64,000 bases of DNA, from assembly GCA_019186945.1 (NCBI GenBank), contig JABAQJ010000002.1:149897-213896 (forward strand). Reading direction: 5' to 3'. The stretch's first letter is position 1. Each line of letters opens with the position of its first letter. A program made the position numbers and the translations under genes. Positions 28,239-39,018 of the stretch are shown piece after piece. The notes under the pieces were generated by a model. It did not search any database, was not told where the DNA came from, and worked only from the letters and a program-made list of their open reading frames with translations. Source of the DNA: Gemmatimonadaceae bacterium (GTDB lineage Bacteria; Gemmatimonadota; Gemmatimonadetes; Gemmatimonadales; Gemmatimonadaceae).

Positions 28239-30764
28239 GTGCCGAACACGTTCCGGTCGCTGCCTGTGCTGCTCCTGCTGGGCGCGGCCACACCCGTCTT
28301 CGCGCAGGGTCGTGGCACGAGTGGACCAGGCGTCGTTGCGCCACTGCCTGCGGCCGTGGCCACTCGGGCCGTCCAGTCTCCCATCGTCGACGGCCGCGAC
28401 ACTGACGATGTCTGGAGGGATGCGCCCGCGATCGACCAGTTCCGCCAGTTCGCACCCGCCGAGGATGGCGATCCGTCGTTTCGTACCGTGGTCCGCGTCG
28501 CTTACGACGACCGCAACCTCTACGTCCTGGTGCGCGCGTTCGATCCGCAGCCGGACTCTCTGTTAGCCATTCTCTCCCGCCGCGACGTCAAGACTCCTTC
28601 CGACCAGATCAAGATCATCATCGACGCCTATAACGACCGCCGCACCGGGGTGGAAATGGCCGTGAACCCGGCCGGTGTCAAACGGGACGCGTCGATCTAT
28701 CAGGATTACATCGAGGATCTGTCCTGGGACGGGATCTGGGACGTCGCCACCCACGTGGATTCGTCAGGCTGGATCGCCGAGTTTCGCGTGCCGTTCAGCC
28801 AACTCCGGTTCGCACCGAAGGCCGAGCACACATTCGGTTTCGGCGTGTGGCGCGATATCGCCAGACTCAACGAGCGCGTCGCATGGCCAGTCTACTCGCC
28901 CTCACGACAGGCGCTGGCATCCCAGCTCGGTCTGTTACAGGGAATTGGTGCCGTCCAACGATCCAGTCGGCTGGAATTGCTGCCGTACGTGGTCAGCCGG
29001 AATGTCACGGAACCCCGTGCCACCGGCTGGGCGCACCCACAACAGACCTCCGCCGGACTCGACGTCAAGTACGGTCTCACGCAGAACCTGACGCTCGACG
29101 CCACGTTCAATCCGGACTTCGGCCAGGTCGAGGCGGATCCCGCTGTGTTGAACCTGACGGCGTTCGAGATCCGGTTCGACGAGCGACGGCCGTTCTTCCA
29201 GGAAGGCGTCGGTCTGTTCAAGTGCCAACCCTGCCAGGGATCGTTCTACACTCGGCGCATCGGCCGCGCGCCACAGCTCCGGACATCCGATCGCGACCCG
29301 ACAGCAACCACGATCCTGGCCGCGGCCAAGCTCACCGGTCGGTTGGCCACCGGCCTTTCCATCGGCTTGGTCGATGCCCTCACCCAGCGTGAAGTGGGCG
29401 AACAGGGGACGACGATCGAGCCCCAGACCAACTACCTGGTCGGCCGCCTGCAACAGGCTTTCCGCGGCGGACGCTCCTCGTTAGGTCTGGAGGCTACCGC
29501 TGTCAATCGCTCGCTGGACCGGTGGAGCGAGCCGTACCTCCGTCGCGCCGCATACGTGGGATTCCTCGAAGGATTCCACAGGTTCGCTGGCGATCGCTAC
29601 GAGCTGGCTGGCTGGGGAGGAGGCAGTCACGTTTCCGGTTCGCGCAACGCGATCGCTCTGACGCAGTTGAGCCCGGTGCACCTCTACCAGCGCCCTGACG
29701 ACCGTGTGGAGTTCGACTCCACACGGACTACCCTCGGTGGCAGTTTCTTCACCCTCGCTCTGGCCAAGGTGGCCGGACGGCTTCAGTTCTCCACGTATCT
29801 CCGCCGAGCGTCCGTCGGCGAGGAAATCAATGATCTTGGGCTAGTGCCGGCCGTGAACGAGCAGTCGATTCGAAACTCCATCAGCTTGAGATCGTTGCGG
29901 CCAGGTTCTTTCTACCGAAAGACGAGCGGCCAGATCGACACGGAGAACCACTGGACGACGGAAGGTCTCCCGTCAGGCACCAGTGTGCAGCTCCGGACCG
30001 GCGTCGAGTTACTCAACAGCTGGAACGTGTCGGCGACGTACCGCCTGCAGAACATCGGCACGGCGTATTGCGTCCCGTGCGCGCGCGGCGGTCCCGCACT
30101 TCGGCAATCGCCACGGAACCGTTTGGAACTCCAGGTGGAGGGCGACCCGCGGCATGCACTGATTCCCGTACTCGAGGGATTCGTGGAACGTGGCGATCGA
30201 GGGGAGACGTCAGCCCGCGGCGGTAGTGTGTCGCTCGATCAGCGCTCGAACAGCAGGTTTGCCATGACCGTCGGCGTGAACGCGGAAAAGCGAATCGAGG
30301 ATCAGCAGTGGGTGGGGAACCACGGGTCCGTACTGAGCGACACAACGCACTTCACATTCGCGCGGCTCGACCAATCGACGTTCGGCATCACGGTGCGCGG
30401 CAACTGGACCGCCAGTCCCACCCTCTCGGTGCAGGTGTACGCACAGCCTTTCGTGAGCACCGGCGCATACTCGAATTGGCGCGAGATCGCGAACGCCCGT
30501 TCCGCGAATGTTGCAGATCGGTTTTCCTCATATGGTGGAGGGCTCGACCCCGATGGCTTCAACTTCAAGCAGTTCAACTCCAACGCCGTGGTGCGCTGGG
30601 AATATCGGGCTGGCTCGACCTTGTTCGTCGTGTGGCAGCAAGGCAGGTCGCAAACCGAACTGAATCCCGGCGACTTCGCGTTCGCACGCGACTATCGCGA
30701 CCTGTTTCGGGCCCATCCCATCAACACGGTGCTGGTGAAGCTGGCGCACTGGTTCAACCCCTGA
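28239..30764 (+). CDS. CBM9-like plus DUF5916 outer-membrane protein
   Basis: The proposed GTG start gives the signal VPNTFRSLPVLLLLGAATPVFAQG. The N-domain matches the family-9 carbohydrate-binding-module pattern (IVDGRDTDDVWRDAPAIDQF...YDDRNLYVLVRAFDPQPD...RRD...DQIKIIIDAY). The C-terminal ~600 aa are beta-rich. Confidence 0.6.
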   Translation: MPNTFRSLPVLLLLGAATPVFAQGRGTSGPGVVAPLPAAVATRAVQSPIVDGRDTDDVWRDAPAIDQFRQFAPAEDGDPSFRTVVRVAYDDRNLYVLVRAFDPQPDSLLAILSRRDVKTPSDQIKIIIDAYNDRRTGVEMAVNPAGVKRDASIYQDYIEDLSWDGIWDVATHVDSSGWIAEFRVPFSQLRFAPKAEHTFGFGVWRDIARLNERVAWPVYSPSRQALASQLGLLQGIGAVQRSSRLELLPYVVSRNVTEPRATGWAHPQQTSAGLDVKYGLTQNLTLDATFNPDFGQVEADPAVLNLTAFEIRFDERRPFFQEGVGLFKCQPCQGSFYTRRIGRAPQLRTSDRDPTATTILAAAKLTGRLATGLSIGLVDALTQREVGEQGTTIEPQTNYLVGRLQQAFRGGRSSLGLEATAVNRSLDRWSEPYLRRAAYVGFLEGFHRFAGDRYELAGWGGGSHVSGSRNAIALTQLSPVHLYQRPDDRVEFDSTRTTLGGSFFTLALAKVAGRLQFSTYLRRASVGEEINDLGLVPAVNEQSIRNSISLRSLRPGSFYRKTSGQIDTENHWTTEGLPSGTSVQLRTGVELLNSWNVSATYRLQNIGTAYCVPCARGGPALRQSPRNRLELQVEGDPRHALIPVLEGFVERGDRGETSARGGSVSLDQRSNSRFAMTVGVNAEKRIEDQQWVGNHGSVLSDTTHFTFARLDQSTFGITVRGNWTASPTLSVQVYAQPFVSTGAYSNWREIANARSANVADRFSSYGGGLDPDGFNFKQFNSNAVVRWEYRAGSTLFVVWQQGRSQTELNPGDFAFARDYRDLFRAHPINTVLVKLAHWFNP

Positions 30765-30875
30765 CACGAGCTACCTGGCTGTCGCGGACTCACGAGGCGG
30801 CGCGCTCGGTTGTCCATTGAAAGGCCGCACGTGCCCGCCGATCGCTACCCGTGGCAAACCGCGTCGGATCGTTCG

Positions 30876-31490
30876 TCAGCGTTCGTACGCGGCTGCCTCG
30901 CGAAGCAGTTTCTCCAGGCGCGCCCGACGTTCTTCTTCTGCCTCCCGGGCCTCGCGCTCCTTCTCCCGGCGAATCTGCTCGTGATACAGGAGCCCACCCG
31001 CCTTCCGCCAATCGAGCAGGCGGTGCAGTTCGCCGGCCTGCAGCCAGACGCCGTGTGCGCGGCAACGGTCGACGATCACTCCGCTGCGCGCCCCATAGTT
31101 CACGCGGTTCATCAGCTTTCCGCAGTCCGGGCAATGGCGGTATTGCACGATATCGGGTGAGGCAGGCGCATCGAGCCGTCCGAGCCTTGCGAAATCAACC
31201 GCGTACGAGTGGGAAACCGACGCCTCGAGCAGCGCTTCGATCTCGCCTGCGTCGAAGAACAGCCCCAGGCACCGATCGCAGCGTTCGATGAGGAAGCGCG
31301 TTTCCTGGGCATTGCCGATGTCGACCGCAGCCATCGGCTCGCGGCAATCGGGACACCTGCGCGCGAAGGCCGGAGCCTGCTCCGTGAATTCGCTCAGGCG
31401 CGCAAGATCGATGTCGTTCACAGACCCGCAGTACGAGCATGTTGCGCTCGCTTCGGGCAGCGGCGCGGCGCAGCTGTGACAGGCGGCCAT
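30876..31490 (-). CDS. zinc-ribbon domain protein (hypothetical)
   Basis: Repeated CxxC pairs (CHSC, CSYCG, CPDC, CDRC, CPDCG) and a charged, possibly coiled, C-terminus. Confidence 0.5.
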   Translation of the reverse strand: MAACHSCAAPLPEASATCSYCGSVNDIDLARLSEFTEQAPAFARRCPDCREPMAAVDIGNAQETRFLIERCDRCLGLFFDAGEIEALLEASVSHSYAVDFARLGRLDAPASPDIVQYRHCPDCGKLMNRVNYGARSGVIVDRCRAHGVWLQAGELHRLLDWRKAGGLLYHEQIRREKEREAREAEEERRARLEKLLREAAAYER

Positions 31491-31501
31491 GACGATATCG
31501 G

Positions 31502-32500
31502 TTACAGTGTCTCCAGGATCCGCTGGCGCTTCGCCTCGTATTCCTCGGTTGAGATCAGCTTCTTGTCGAGAAGCTGCTGGAGCGTGGCAAGACGCGACTC
31601 GATCGACGCCGCCGCAGACGGCGCGCTCGTGGCCACGGCGGCGAGCGACCCACCTAACGCCACACCGGCCCCTATGGCCATGCCGGCACCTGCCGCACCA
31701 CTCTGGTTTCGGGCTGCATCACGCAGCGCATCCAGCCGCTGGACGTCCGCGTAGCTCATCTCCACTACCCTGGCTTCCTGCGAGGCCGCGATCCGGTCAC
31801 CGATCTGATTGACGCGTGCCCGTGTCTCCTCATCGAATTCGGCGCCCTCGATGCGGAAGTCGAGCAATCGGATCCCGAACTTGTCGAACTCCGGCTCGAG
31901 CTTCGCCTGGATGCCGTGCGCAATGTCCTCACGTTTGGCATCGACCTCCAGGTACGGTGGCCGGGCGTCGGCGAGATAGTCGCTGATGGTCTGGACGATG
32001 CGACTGGCAAGGATGCTCCGAAGGTCCGAGACCCGATACCGGCTTTGCCCGGCGACCAGCGCCCGGAAGAAGCCCTTGGGATCTTCCAGCGCCCAACTGA
32101 AGTTTCCGTGAACCCTGAGCGCTGCCGGGAAGCCGAAACGTGGCTCTTCGTACTTGACCGGCGATGCCGTACCCCATTTCTGGTCGACGATCGCGCGCCT
32201 CGAGAAGAAGTAGATGCCGACCTTGTGTTCGCTCTCGAACGCCTGCATCAGCCGAGTGACAGTCGTCCAGAACGGGATGTTCGCTGTCGTCAGCTCCACC
32301 ATCGTTTCCTGTTCGAGCTCGGCGGCTATCCTGCCCTCGTAGACGAAAAGGCAGCCCTGGCCAGGGCCGACGATCAGCTTCGATGCATTCTTGATCTCGT
32401 CCACGTCCTCCGACCAGCGGCTGAAGAGCTCATCCGGTCCGGGATCCTTCCATTCGACTACCGATCGGAGTTGTCGCTTGAGGCCACCGATGATTCCCAT
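31502..32500 (-). CDS. SPFH (band-7-like) domain protein with a C-terminal SHOCT motif
   Basis: The C-terminus RLATLQQLLDKKLISTEEYEAKRQRIL is the short C-terminal SHOCT pattern. The N-terminal 250 aa resemble virion-core/SPFH-type proteins. Confidence 0.55.
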   Translation of the reverse strand: MGIIGGLKRQLRSVVEWKDPGPDELFSRWSEDVDEIKNASKLIVGPGQGCLFVYEGRIAAELEQETMVELTTANIPFWTTVTRLMQAFESEHKVGIYFFSRRAIVDQKWGTASPVKYEEPRFGFPAALRVHGNFSWALEDPKGFFRALVAGQSRYRVSDLRSILASRIVQTISDYLADARPPYLEVDAKREDIAHGIQAKLEPEFDKFGIRLLDFRIEGAEFDEETRARVNQIGDRIAASQEARVVEMSYADVQRLDALRDAARNQSGAAGAGMAIGAGVALGGSLAAVATSAPSAAASIESRLATLQQLLDKKLISTEEYEAKRQRILETL

Positions 32501-32707
32501 ACGTCGTTCCGCGCAGACGGTTCAGAAGGCTGGTCACCATCTGGACGCGCGGGTGTGCGAACCGTCACCCGGGGAACCGCGTTGGCCGTGCCCGACACAG
32601 CGCTCCGGGCCGTCCCCCCGGGGGCGGTTGCGATGGGGTCAACGCTTCCCGATATTTGCGCGTCCATGAAATGTTCATGATTCAGAATCCATGACGACCG
32701 GGGAACC

Positions 32708-34744
32708 GTGATCCAGCGACTGAAAATCGCCATGCTGGCGACCGTGGCATCAGCGCAAGGCATCGAGGCGCAGGCCGCGCAGGACTCGACGCGTGCCGAT
32801 TCCGCTAGGCGCCTGCAGACGGTCACTGTCAGCGCGGGGCGCACGGCCACCACGGTTGGCGGCGCCAGCGCCGTTGCAATCGATCCAGCCGAATTGCGAT
32901 CCTCACCCGCGCCAGTCCTCGATCAGGCGCTTCGCGAGTCGCCGTTCGTGCATGTCCGGCTCAATTCGCGCGGTGAGATGGAACTCTCGGTTCGGGGGTC
33001 AGACTCCCGTCAGGCTTCCATCCTGATCGACGGCGTGCCAATCACGCTCGGCTGGGATCATCGGGCGGATCCGTCGCTGATGCCGATCACGGGCGCGGAA
33101 CGGATCGTAATCGTTCGCGGGCTTGGCTCACTGCTCAACGGCCCGAACGCCTTGGGGGGCACGATCGAAGTCGCTCACGACGTGAACGCGCTCACCGCCG
33201 GCGGGAGCCTGTTTGGCGGTGCGGGTGTCGACGAGTTCGGCTCGTTCACCGGGTCGCTCGGAGCTGGCCGAGTATGGACGGGCGTCGGCAGCGGCGCGCT
33301 CTCCATTCGCGGTGGAATGGCGTATCGCCAGCGCGATGGGCTTTCCCTGCCCTCCAAGGTCAGCGATCCGACTGCCAGAGACGGTCTCCGCACCAACAGT
33401 GACCTTAGCGAGACAGATGGATTTGCGTCTTTGAGATGGGCGAACTCCGCGGGCAGATCCGTCGGCGCATCCTTCTCGGCATTCGATGCAGAAAAGGGAG
33501 TGCCGCCGGAAGAGAACGTCACCAGCCCACGCCTGTGGCGCTATCCGTATCATCGTAGAACAGTCGCCTCACTGTCCGCCAGCAGCGGAATGTTCAGGAC
33601 TCCCTTGGGCTTTGCTTCGTTGACCGTTGGCGCGGGCCGAAATGCGGGGAAGCTGAAGATCGAGTCCTTCGAAAGTCGCGAGTACCTGACGGTGGTCGAC
33701 CAGGAGCTGGGCGACGAAGTTTCCGGCACGCTACGTGCGCTCGTGACGCAGTCACTTGGACACGCTACGCTCCGTTTGGGCTGGACCCGTGCCGACGTCA
33801 GGTATACGGAGACAGTTGGCACGACGGCAGCAGCCGACTATCAGCAGATACTCAACAGCACCGGCGCCGAAATAGAGGCACCGATCGGTGACGCCACGAA
33901 CATCGCCGGTGGCTTCGTCATGGACCGTGCAAAGACCCCGCTTACGGGCGGTCGCCTGCCGGGTCAGGAGCCGCTCGACAAGGCTGGCTGGCGGCTGGGC
34001 GTGTCGCACACGCTGAACACGAACTGGGGACTTCACGCGAGCGTGAGCCAGCGATCGCGGTTTCCGGCACTCCGCGAACTCTATTCCGGCGCCTTGAACA
34101 GGTTTACACCGAATCCGGATCTCAAGCCGGAAACCCTGCTCGGCCTCGAAGCCGGCGTGACGATGAACCGTGCCTTCGGAGGCAATCGCGGAACCTTGCA
34201 ACTGACAGCCTTCAAGCACACGCTGGATGACGCTGTCGTGCGGATCAGATTGTCAAACCCGACCCGTTTCAAGCGCATCAACCGCGACCGCATCGAAAGC
34301 GGTGGTGCGGAAATCCTGGGTGGACTCGCTTTCGGAGCCAACGCAGACCGCGCTGTGACGGTCAATGCCGATGCATTGATCCAGAGCATCCGTATCTTCG
34401 ACATCACCACCGACGACACCGAGCGCCATGCAGAGAACAACCCCGAGGCCAGAGGTCGGGTTGAGCTGGGGGTACCGCTTCCCTTTCGGCTGCGCGGTTT
34501 CGCGAGTGCCCGGCACACCGGCACGCAGTACTGCTTGAATGGGGATACCGGTAACGAGGATAGGATCCAAGCCGTGACCACGATGGACCTCGGCGTGCAG
34601 AAAACAGTCTCTGTGGCCAGAGGCCCGTTCCGCTGGCTACGGACTGTTCTGTCGCTCGACAACGCCGGGGACGCCGCCGTGTTTGACCAGTGCGGGTTGC
34701 CGCAGCCTGGCCGCACGCTCCGCCTGATGATGACACTGCGATAG
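32708..34744 (+). CDS. TonB-dependent outer membrane receptor
   Basis: Signal peptide, a plug domain (...RGSDSRQASILIDGVPI...) and a long beta-barrel with regularly alternating residues. Confidence 0.75.
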   Translation: MIQRLKIAMLATVASAQGIEAQAAQDSTRADSARRLQTVTVSAGRTATTVGGASAVAIDPAELRSSPAPVLDQALRESPFVHVRLNSRGEMELSVRGSDSRQASILIDGVPITLGWDHRADPSLMPITGAERIVIVRGLGSLLNGPNALGGTIEVAHDVNALTAGGSLFGGAGVDEFGSFTGSLGAGRVWTGVGSGALSIRGGMAYRQRDGLSLPSKVSDPTARDGLRTNSDLSETDGFASLRWANSAGRSVGASFSAFDAEKGVPPEENVTSPRLWRYPYHRRTVASLSASSGMFRTPLGFASLTVGAGRNAGKLKIESFESREYLTVVDQELGDEVSGTLRALVTQSLGHATLRLGWTRADVRYTETVGTTAAADYQQILNSTGAEIEAPIGDATNIAGGFVMDRAKTPLTGGRLPGQEPLDKAGWRLGVSHTLNTNWGLHASVSQRSRFPALRELYSGALNRFTPNPDLKPETLLGLEAGVTMNRAFGGNRGTLQLTAFKHTLDDAVVRIRLSNPTRFKRINRDRIESGGAEILGGLAFGANADRAVTVNADALIQSIRIFDITTDDTERHAENNPEARGRVELGVPLPFRLRGFASARHTGTQYCLNGDTGNEDRIQAVTTMDLGVQKTVSVARGPFRWLRTVLSLDNAGDAAVFDQCGLPQPGRTLRLMMTLR

Positions 34745-34882
34745 TCGATATCCGGCCACCGCGTGTGGAGTGCGCGGTGGGATTTCGGCAGCACGCGGTG
34801 TAACGCTCGTCACGGCCGGGTCGTCGTTTCGTGAGGCATCAGCGCGCCACTCGAAATCCCTGTCAACCCGCTACCGCATCCG

Positions 34883-36943
34883 ATGCCGGACACGACGACC
34901 GCCAGTGCTCTCCCCACCGCCCCGGTGGCGGGGCGGTCCGGGCTGGTCATCGCTCTGGCGCATGCGCTGCACAAGCGCGCCATCTACCCTGTCTCCCACC
35001 CGTTGCTCGGCGCGGCAGTACAGCGGTTCGTGTCCCGCGCGATCGAGGGCCTCGACCGGGATGGTCCGATAGCGATCGGCGTCGCCCACTCGCAACTGGT
35101 GATCGATGGTGTTGCAGTCGACGGTGAGCAGAGGGTGCTTTCCGAATTGGCGTCGCATCTGCATGCGCACCAGCTTGCCGGCCTCCGCCTGCTGCCCGGT
35201 GCGACGGCGACAGAACTCGAGGATCTCGTGGCCATCCTGGCCACTCCGGCCGATCGTGTCGACAAACCGCTCGGACAACTCTCCGACGACGAGTTGCATC
35301 GCTGGCGACATGTCGCGTTGTTGCGGGCGCGGTTCGAACGGCTCGGATTGGCAGAGGATGATTCGCCGACCGCCGGCGACGAAGGCGAGCATCCGATATG
35401 GCTCGCGCTCGCACTCTCTGCGCTGGATCAGGACGAGCTCCCTCCCGACGCTGACGTCTCCACGGGGGCGATGGCGGCACGAATGGAGGCACAGGTTCAA
35501 TCCGGGGATGCCACGCAAGCTCGTCGTGCAGCTAACGCGTTGGTTCAGTTGACCGAAGGACTGGCCCAGGCAGCCAAGCGAAATGCGCTGGCTCCGGCCA
35601 TGCAGCAGCGTGCGTCGGACCTGGTGCAGGCGCTCGCGCCAGAGACACTCCGGCGACTCCTGACCATCATCGGCGAAGATACTCGTGCTCGTTTGATGAC
35701 GCAGGCCACTGACGTCTTTAACGCCAGGGCACTCATCGACATTCTCGCGGCTGGTGCGGCCGCCGGCGGTAAGCTCGTCAGCGACTCGATGATCCGCCTG
35801 TTCGGGAAGTTGGCGCGGAACAGTGAAGACCGCGGCAGACATGGCGGCCGAACGGACGCCGTTCTCCGTACACAGGTTCGCCGCCAGCTTGCCGATTGGA
35901 TGCTCGACGACCCGAACCCGGACAGGTACAGCGAACTGCTGCGCGACCTTGGGCAAGGCGAGGCTCCCGCGATCGTCGACGGCGACGGCGAGATCTCCAC
36001 GATCGAACCCGAGCGTCTGCTCGAGATCTCGTTGGAGATTGGTGCGTTGAGCCCATCAACCGAATCCGCCGTCACGCTCCTCGTCGAGCGCGATGGGCTT
36101 GCCGCACTCCTCGATCGACTCGTCGGCTACCCGTGGAGCGACACTCGCGAAGCGATCATCGACTCGCTGGTCAATGGCGTAGTCCTTCGTGAACAGCTTG
36201 CCGTCGAGCGTCCGGACATGCGTGTGCTGATACACGCCGTTGCCCGCCTCAAGTCGCGCGCAGTGGATCCGCTGCTGGACATGTTGCAGCAGCGAAACCC
36301 CGAGGAGTGTCCGTGGGTGGTCGATCTCCTGGTGCAGGTGGGCCCCGATGCGCTACCGTTCCTTGACCAAAGGATCGATTCGTTGCAGCCGGGGATGCAA
36401 CGCCTGCTCCTGTTCGTCTATGAGCGACTCGGAGGCTGGCCGGAAAAGGATCTCCTGCGGATGTTGTGTCGCCACGAGGATGCGTCGCTCCGGCGCGAAG
36501 CGTTTCGCCTTGGGGTACGTCACGCTTCGCTGCGGAACGAACTGTTGGTGGCCGGTGCTAGAGATGAGGATACCCGTATCCTGGCCCTGGTAATCGCGAA
36601 GGCCGGAAGAGCATGTGACCGCCGACTTGCCGCGGTGCTCATGGAGCGCCTTGAGCAGGATGAACGTGTGAGCGACGAGTTGCGTGCACGTGCCGTTCGC
36701 GCAATCGCCACCTGCGACGGGGAGGAAACACTGCGGTGGCTGACGCGTCGCCCGCTGACGCAGCAGTGGCTCTTCCGTTATACGAAGCTCCGCAAAGGTA
36801 CGCTCGAGATGTATGCGTGCATTGCCGCGCTGGCCACTCGGCATGCTCATGCGCCTTCAGCGAGTCTTGCATTGCTGTTGGCGCGTCGTAACCGGGACCA
36901 CGGTTACCGGCGAGCGGCAGCCGCCGAACCAGTCGTGGGATGA
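34883..36943 (+). CDS. DUF3391-like N-domain plus HEAT/armadillo-type repeat protein
   Basis: The N-terminal ~150 aa align with the N-domain of the downstream HD-GYP protein (LVIALAHALHKRAIYPVSHP... versus FLISFAQALARMSLYAEGHP...). The C-terminal half consists of helical repeats. Its stop overlaps the HD-GYP start (ATGA). Confidence 0.5.
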   Translation: MPDTTTASALPTAPVAGRSGLVIALAHALHKRAIYPVSHPLLGAAVQRFVSRAIEGLDRDGPIAIGVAHSQLVIDGVAVDGEQRVLSELASHLHAHQLAGLRLLPGATATELEDLVAILATPADRVDKPLGQLSDDELHRWRHVALLRARFERLGLAEDDSPTAGDEGEHPIWLALALSALDQDELPPDADVSTGAMAARMEAQVQSGDATQARRAANALVQLTEGLAQAAKRNALAPAMQQRASDLVQALAPETLRRLLTIIGEDTRARLMTQATDVFNARALIDILAAGAAAGGKLVSDSMIRLFGKLARNSEDRGRHGGRTDAVLRTQVRRQLADWMLDDPNPDRYSELLRDLGQGEAPAIVDGDGEISTIEPERLLEISLEIGALSPSTESAVTLLVERDGLAALLDRLVGYPWSDTREAIIDSLVNGVVLREQLAVERPDMRVLIHAVARLKSRAVDPLLDMLQQRNPEECPWVVDLLVQVGPDALPFLDQRIDSLQPGMQRLLLFVYERLGGWPEKDLLRMLCRHEDASLRREAFRLGVRHASLRNELLVAGARDEDTRILALVIAKAGRACDRRLAAVLMERLEQDERVSDELRARAVRAIATCDGEETLRWLTRRPLTQQWLFRYTKLRKGTLEMYACIAALATRHAHAPSASLALLLARRNRDHGYRRAAAAEPVVG

Positions 36944-38148
36944 CAGACGCGCATCAGTTCCTCATCTCGTTCGCACAGGCGCTGGCGCGCATGTCGCTCT
37001 ACGCCGAGGGACATCCTGCGCGTGCCGCGGCTGCAGAGGTGTCGTTTCGCCGCCTGCGAACGTTGCAGCAGGCGGATCCACGGCAGAGTTTCTCCTTCGT
37101 TGGGCGGGAGGTCATCTACGGCCAGCACGCGCTCCGCGAACTGCAGGACTGGGATTGGGCCGAACATCTTTCCGCGGCGGGCGTGCAGCGCCTCGAGTTC
37201 GATGCCGAAGTGGGGCCGGAGGAGTACCGGGAGTTCCTCGCCGAGATTCTTGGGCGACTGGGGCTTCACGCCGCGGCCGCGGCGCCACGGATGGCGCGGC
37301 CGGCGCGTCCCACACCCATCCGGTTCGGCGCGATCGGTGTGCGCGACGCTGCGTCGGAGTCGTCCATCGATGGCGAGGAAGGTACAGCGGGGAGCGGGCG
37401 ATGGGACTCGCGAATCGTCGATTTTTCCGAGGAAGCGGAAGCCGTGCAGTGGATGCACGAAGCCGTGACTTCGGGTCAACGCCTGCCGTGGTCGGAAGCG
37501 GAACTGGTCGTCGCCTCGCTATCGACGGCCATGCATAACGAGCGAGAAGTGCTTCTCCCTTTGCTGACCCTGAAGGACTTCGACCAGTACACGACGACGC
37601 ACTCCATCAACGTCTCCGTCCTGGCGATGGGGCTGGCGGAAGCGCTGGGCCTGTCGGCGCGGGAGGTTCGCGCCTATGGCGTCGCGGGCCTGCTTCATGA
37701 CCTCGGCAAGGTACGGGTTCCCGTTGATGTGCTGCGCAAGCCAGGGGCGCTCAACGAGCACGAGCGGCGGTTGCTGAATCAGCATCCGGTGGATGGGGCC
37801 CGGCTGATCCTTGCCGGCAGCCGCAAGCACGACATGTGCGCGGCCGTCGCTTTCGAGCATCATATCATGATCGATGGTGGAGGCTATCCGCAGCGGCATA
37901 CGCGCCGGGATTGTCATCATGCGTCGCTCCTGGTGCATGCTTGCGACGTCTTCGATGCTCTGCGAACGCATCGCCCCTATCGTGTTGCCTGGGGTATGGC
38001 GTCGATCCTGGCATACATCGAACGGCGGGTTGGTGCCGAGTTCCACCCCGACGTCGCGGTTCCGTTCGTACGGATGCTGCGCACGTGGGAGATGCGGCAG
38101 GCGGCTGCATCTGCATTGGAGGAAGAAGCGGTCCCGGCTGCGCTATAG
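36940..38148 (+). CDS. HD-GYP domain c-di-GMP phosphodiesterase with a DUF3391-like N-domain
   Basis: HD motif (GLLHDLGK), HH, and GGGYP in the C-terminal half. Confidence 0.85.
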   Translation: MTDAHQFLISFAQALARMSLYAEGHPARAAAAEVSFRRLRTLQQADPRQSFSFVGREVIYGQHALRELQDWDWAEHLSAAGVQRLEFDAEVGPEEYREFLAEILGRLGLHAAAAAPRMARPARPTPIRFGAIGVRDAASESSIDGEEGTAGSGRWDSRIVDFSEEAEAVQWMHEAVTSGQRLPWSEAELVVASLSTAMHNEREVLLPLLTLKDFDQYTTTHSINVSVLAMGLAEALGLSAREVRAYGVAGLLHDLGKVRVPVDVLRKPGALNEHERRLLNQHPVDGARLILAGSRKHDMCAAVAFEHHIMIDGGGYPQRHTRRDCHHASLLVHACDVFDALRTHRPYRVAWGMASILAYIERRVGAEFHPDVAVPFVRMLRTWEMRQAAASALEEEAVPAAL

Positions 38149-38301
38149 AGTTGCAGCAGCGGGCCCCGGAGTGCCTGACGGCATGAGAGAACGTGGCGTC
38201 GCCAGCCGATCGATGTCAAAGCGCTCCGAGCGGAAAGATGACAAGCGATCGTCGCCATCAGTTGTGCGCACGCGGAGCCTTCGTACAACAGCTATTCAGC
38301 G

Positions 38302-39018
38302 TTAGGCTCCGCAGGCCTTCATCTGGCCCCTACGTTGATACACGAGTTCTTCCGCAAGCCCGCCTTGCACGTGCTTCGCCTCGTCGACGTAGCTGACGAT
38401 ATCCGGAATTCCTCTTGCCACAAGCAACTCGACAACCCACTCGCCTCGCGGCCGTCGCCGCTTCCAGTCCTCAATCGGGTAATCCGAAAGCGAAAGGACA
38501 GTCTCTCGACCACGGGGGTGCGGATAGGGTTTGGTCGCACCGCTGTTCATTGGTGAGAGCAATGCTGACCTACCGTGTTTCGCTAGCAGATCGGCCGTGC
38601 GAACCTTGAGCACAAGTTGGCGCTTGGTCCGATACGCTCGCGCAGAAAGCAATCGGCTGAGTCTGGATTCCGAGGTCCAAAAGAACACGTGACGATTCAG
38701 CATCTCGTACCAGTCACGAGGCGTGAGGCCGTCCTCAAGAGCGCGCGACAGTCCCTTGTCGTCCATCGGTTTCTGATCGCGTATCACCGCTCGGCCGTGA
38801 ATAGGATGGTTGATCGTCACCGGCTTCCTTCGGTGCACCGACTCAATCGGTCCTCGGTCGTCGGCACGCACCTCGAAGAGATCAAGTAGGGCCGACGTAC
38901 TGAGAAGCCCATGCCTGACGATACTTTCCCACGATCCCGCTTCGGCCATGTGGTACACCCACGGAAACAAGCGTGCCAGTTCCTCTGCAGTCACGCCGCG
39001 GACTGACGCGTCAGTCAT
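38302..39018 (-). CDS. DarT/DUF4433-like putative ADP-ribosyltransferase (family assignment tentative)
   Basis: The N-terminal FPWVYHMAEAGSWESIVRHGLLS resembles the DarT opening (YH.T...NL.SIL..GLL). HVFFWTSE and GEWVVELLV resemble the later DarT beta strands, including the catalytic-Glu region. The start was placed at the first ATG, and the track ORF extends 3 codons further upstream to a GTG. Confidence 0.45.
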   Translation of the reverse strand: MTDASVRGVTAEELARLFPWVYHMAEAGSWESIVRHGLLSTSALLDLFEVRADDRGPIESVHRRKPVTINHPIHGRAVIRDQKPMDDKGLSRALEDGLTPRDWYEMLNRHVFFWTSESRLSRLLSARAYRTKRQLVLKVRTADLLAKHGRSALLSPMNSGATKPYPHPRGRETVLSLSDYPIEDWKRRRPRGEWVVELLVARGIPDIVSYVDEAKHVQGGLAEELVYQRRGQMKACGA

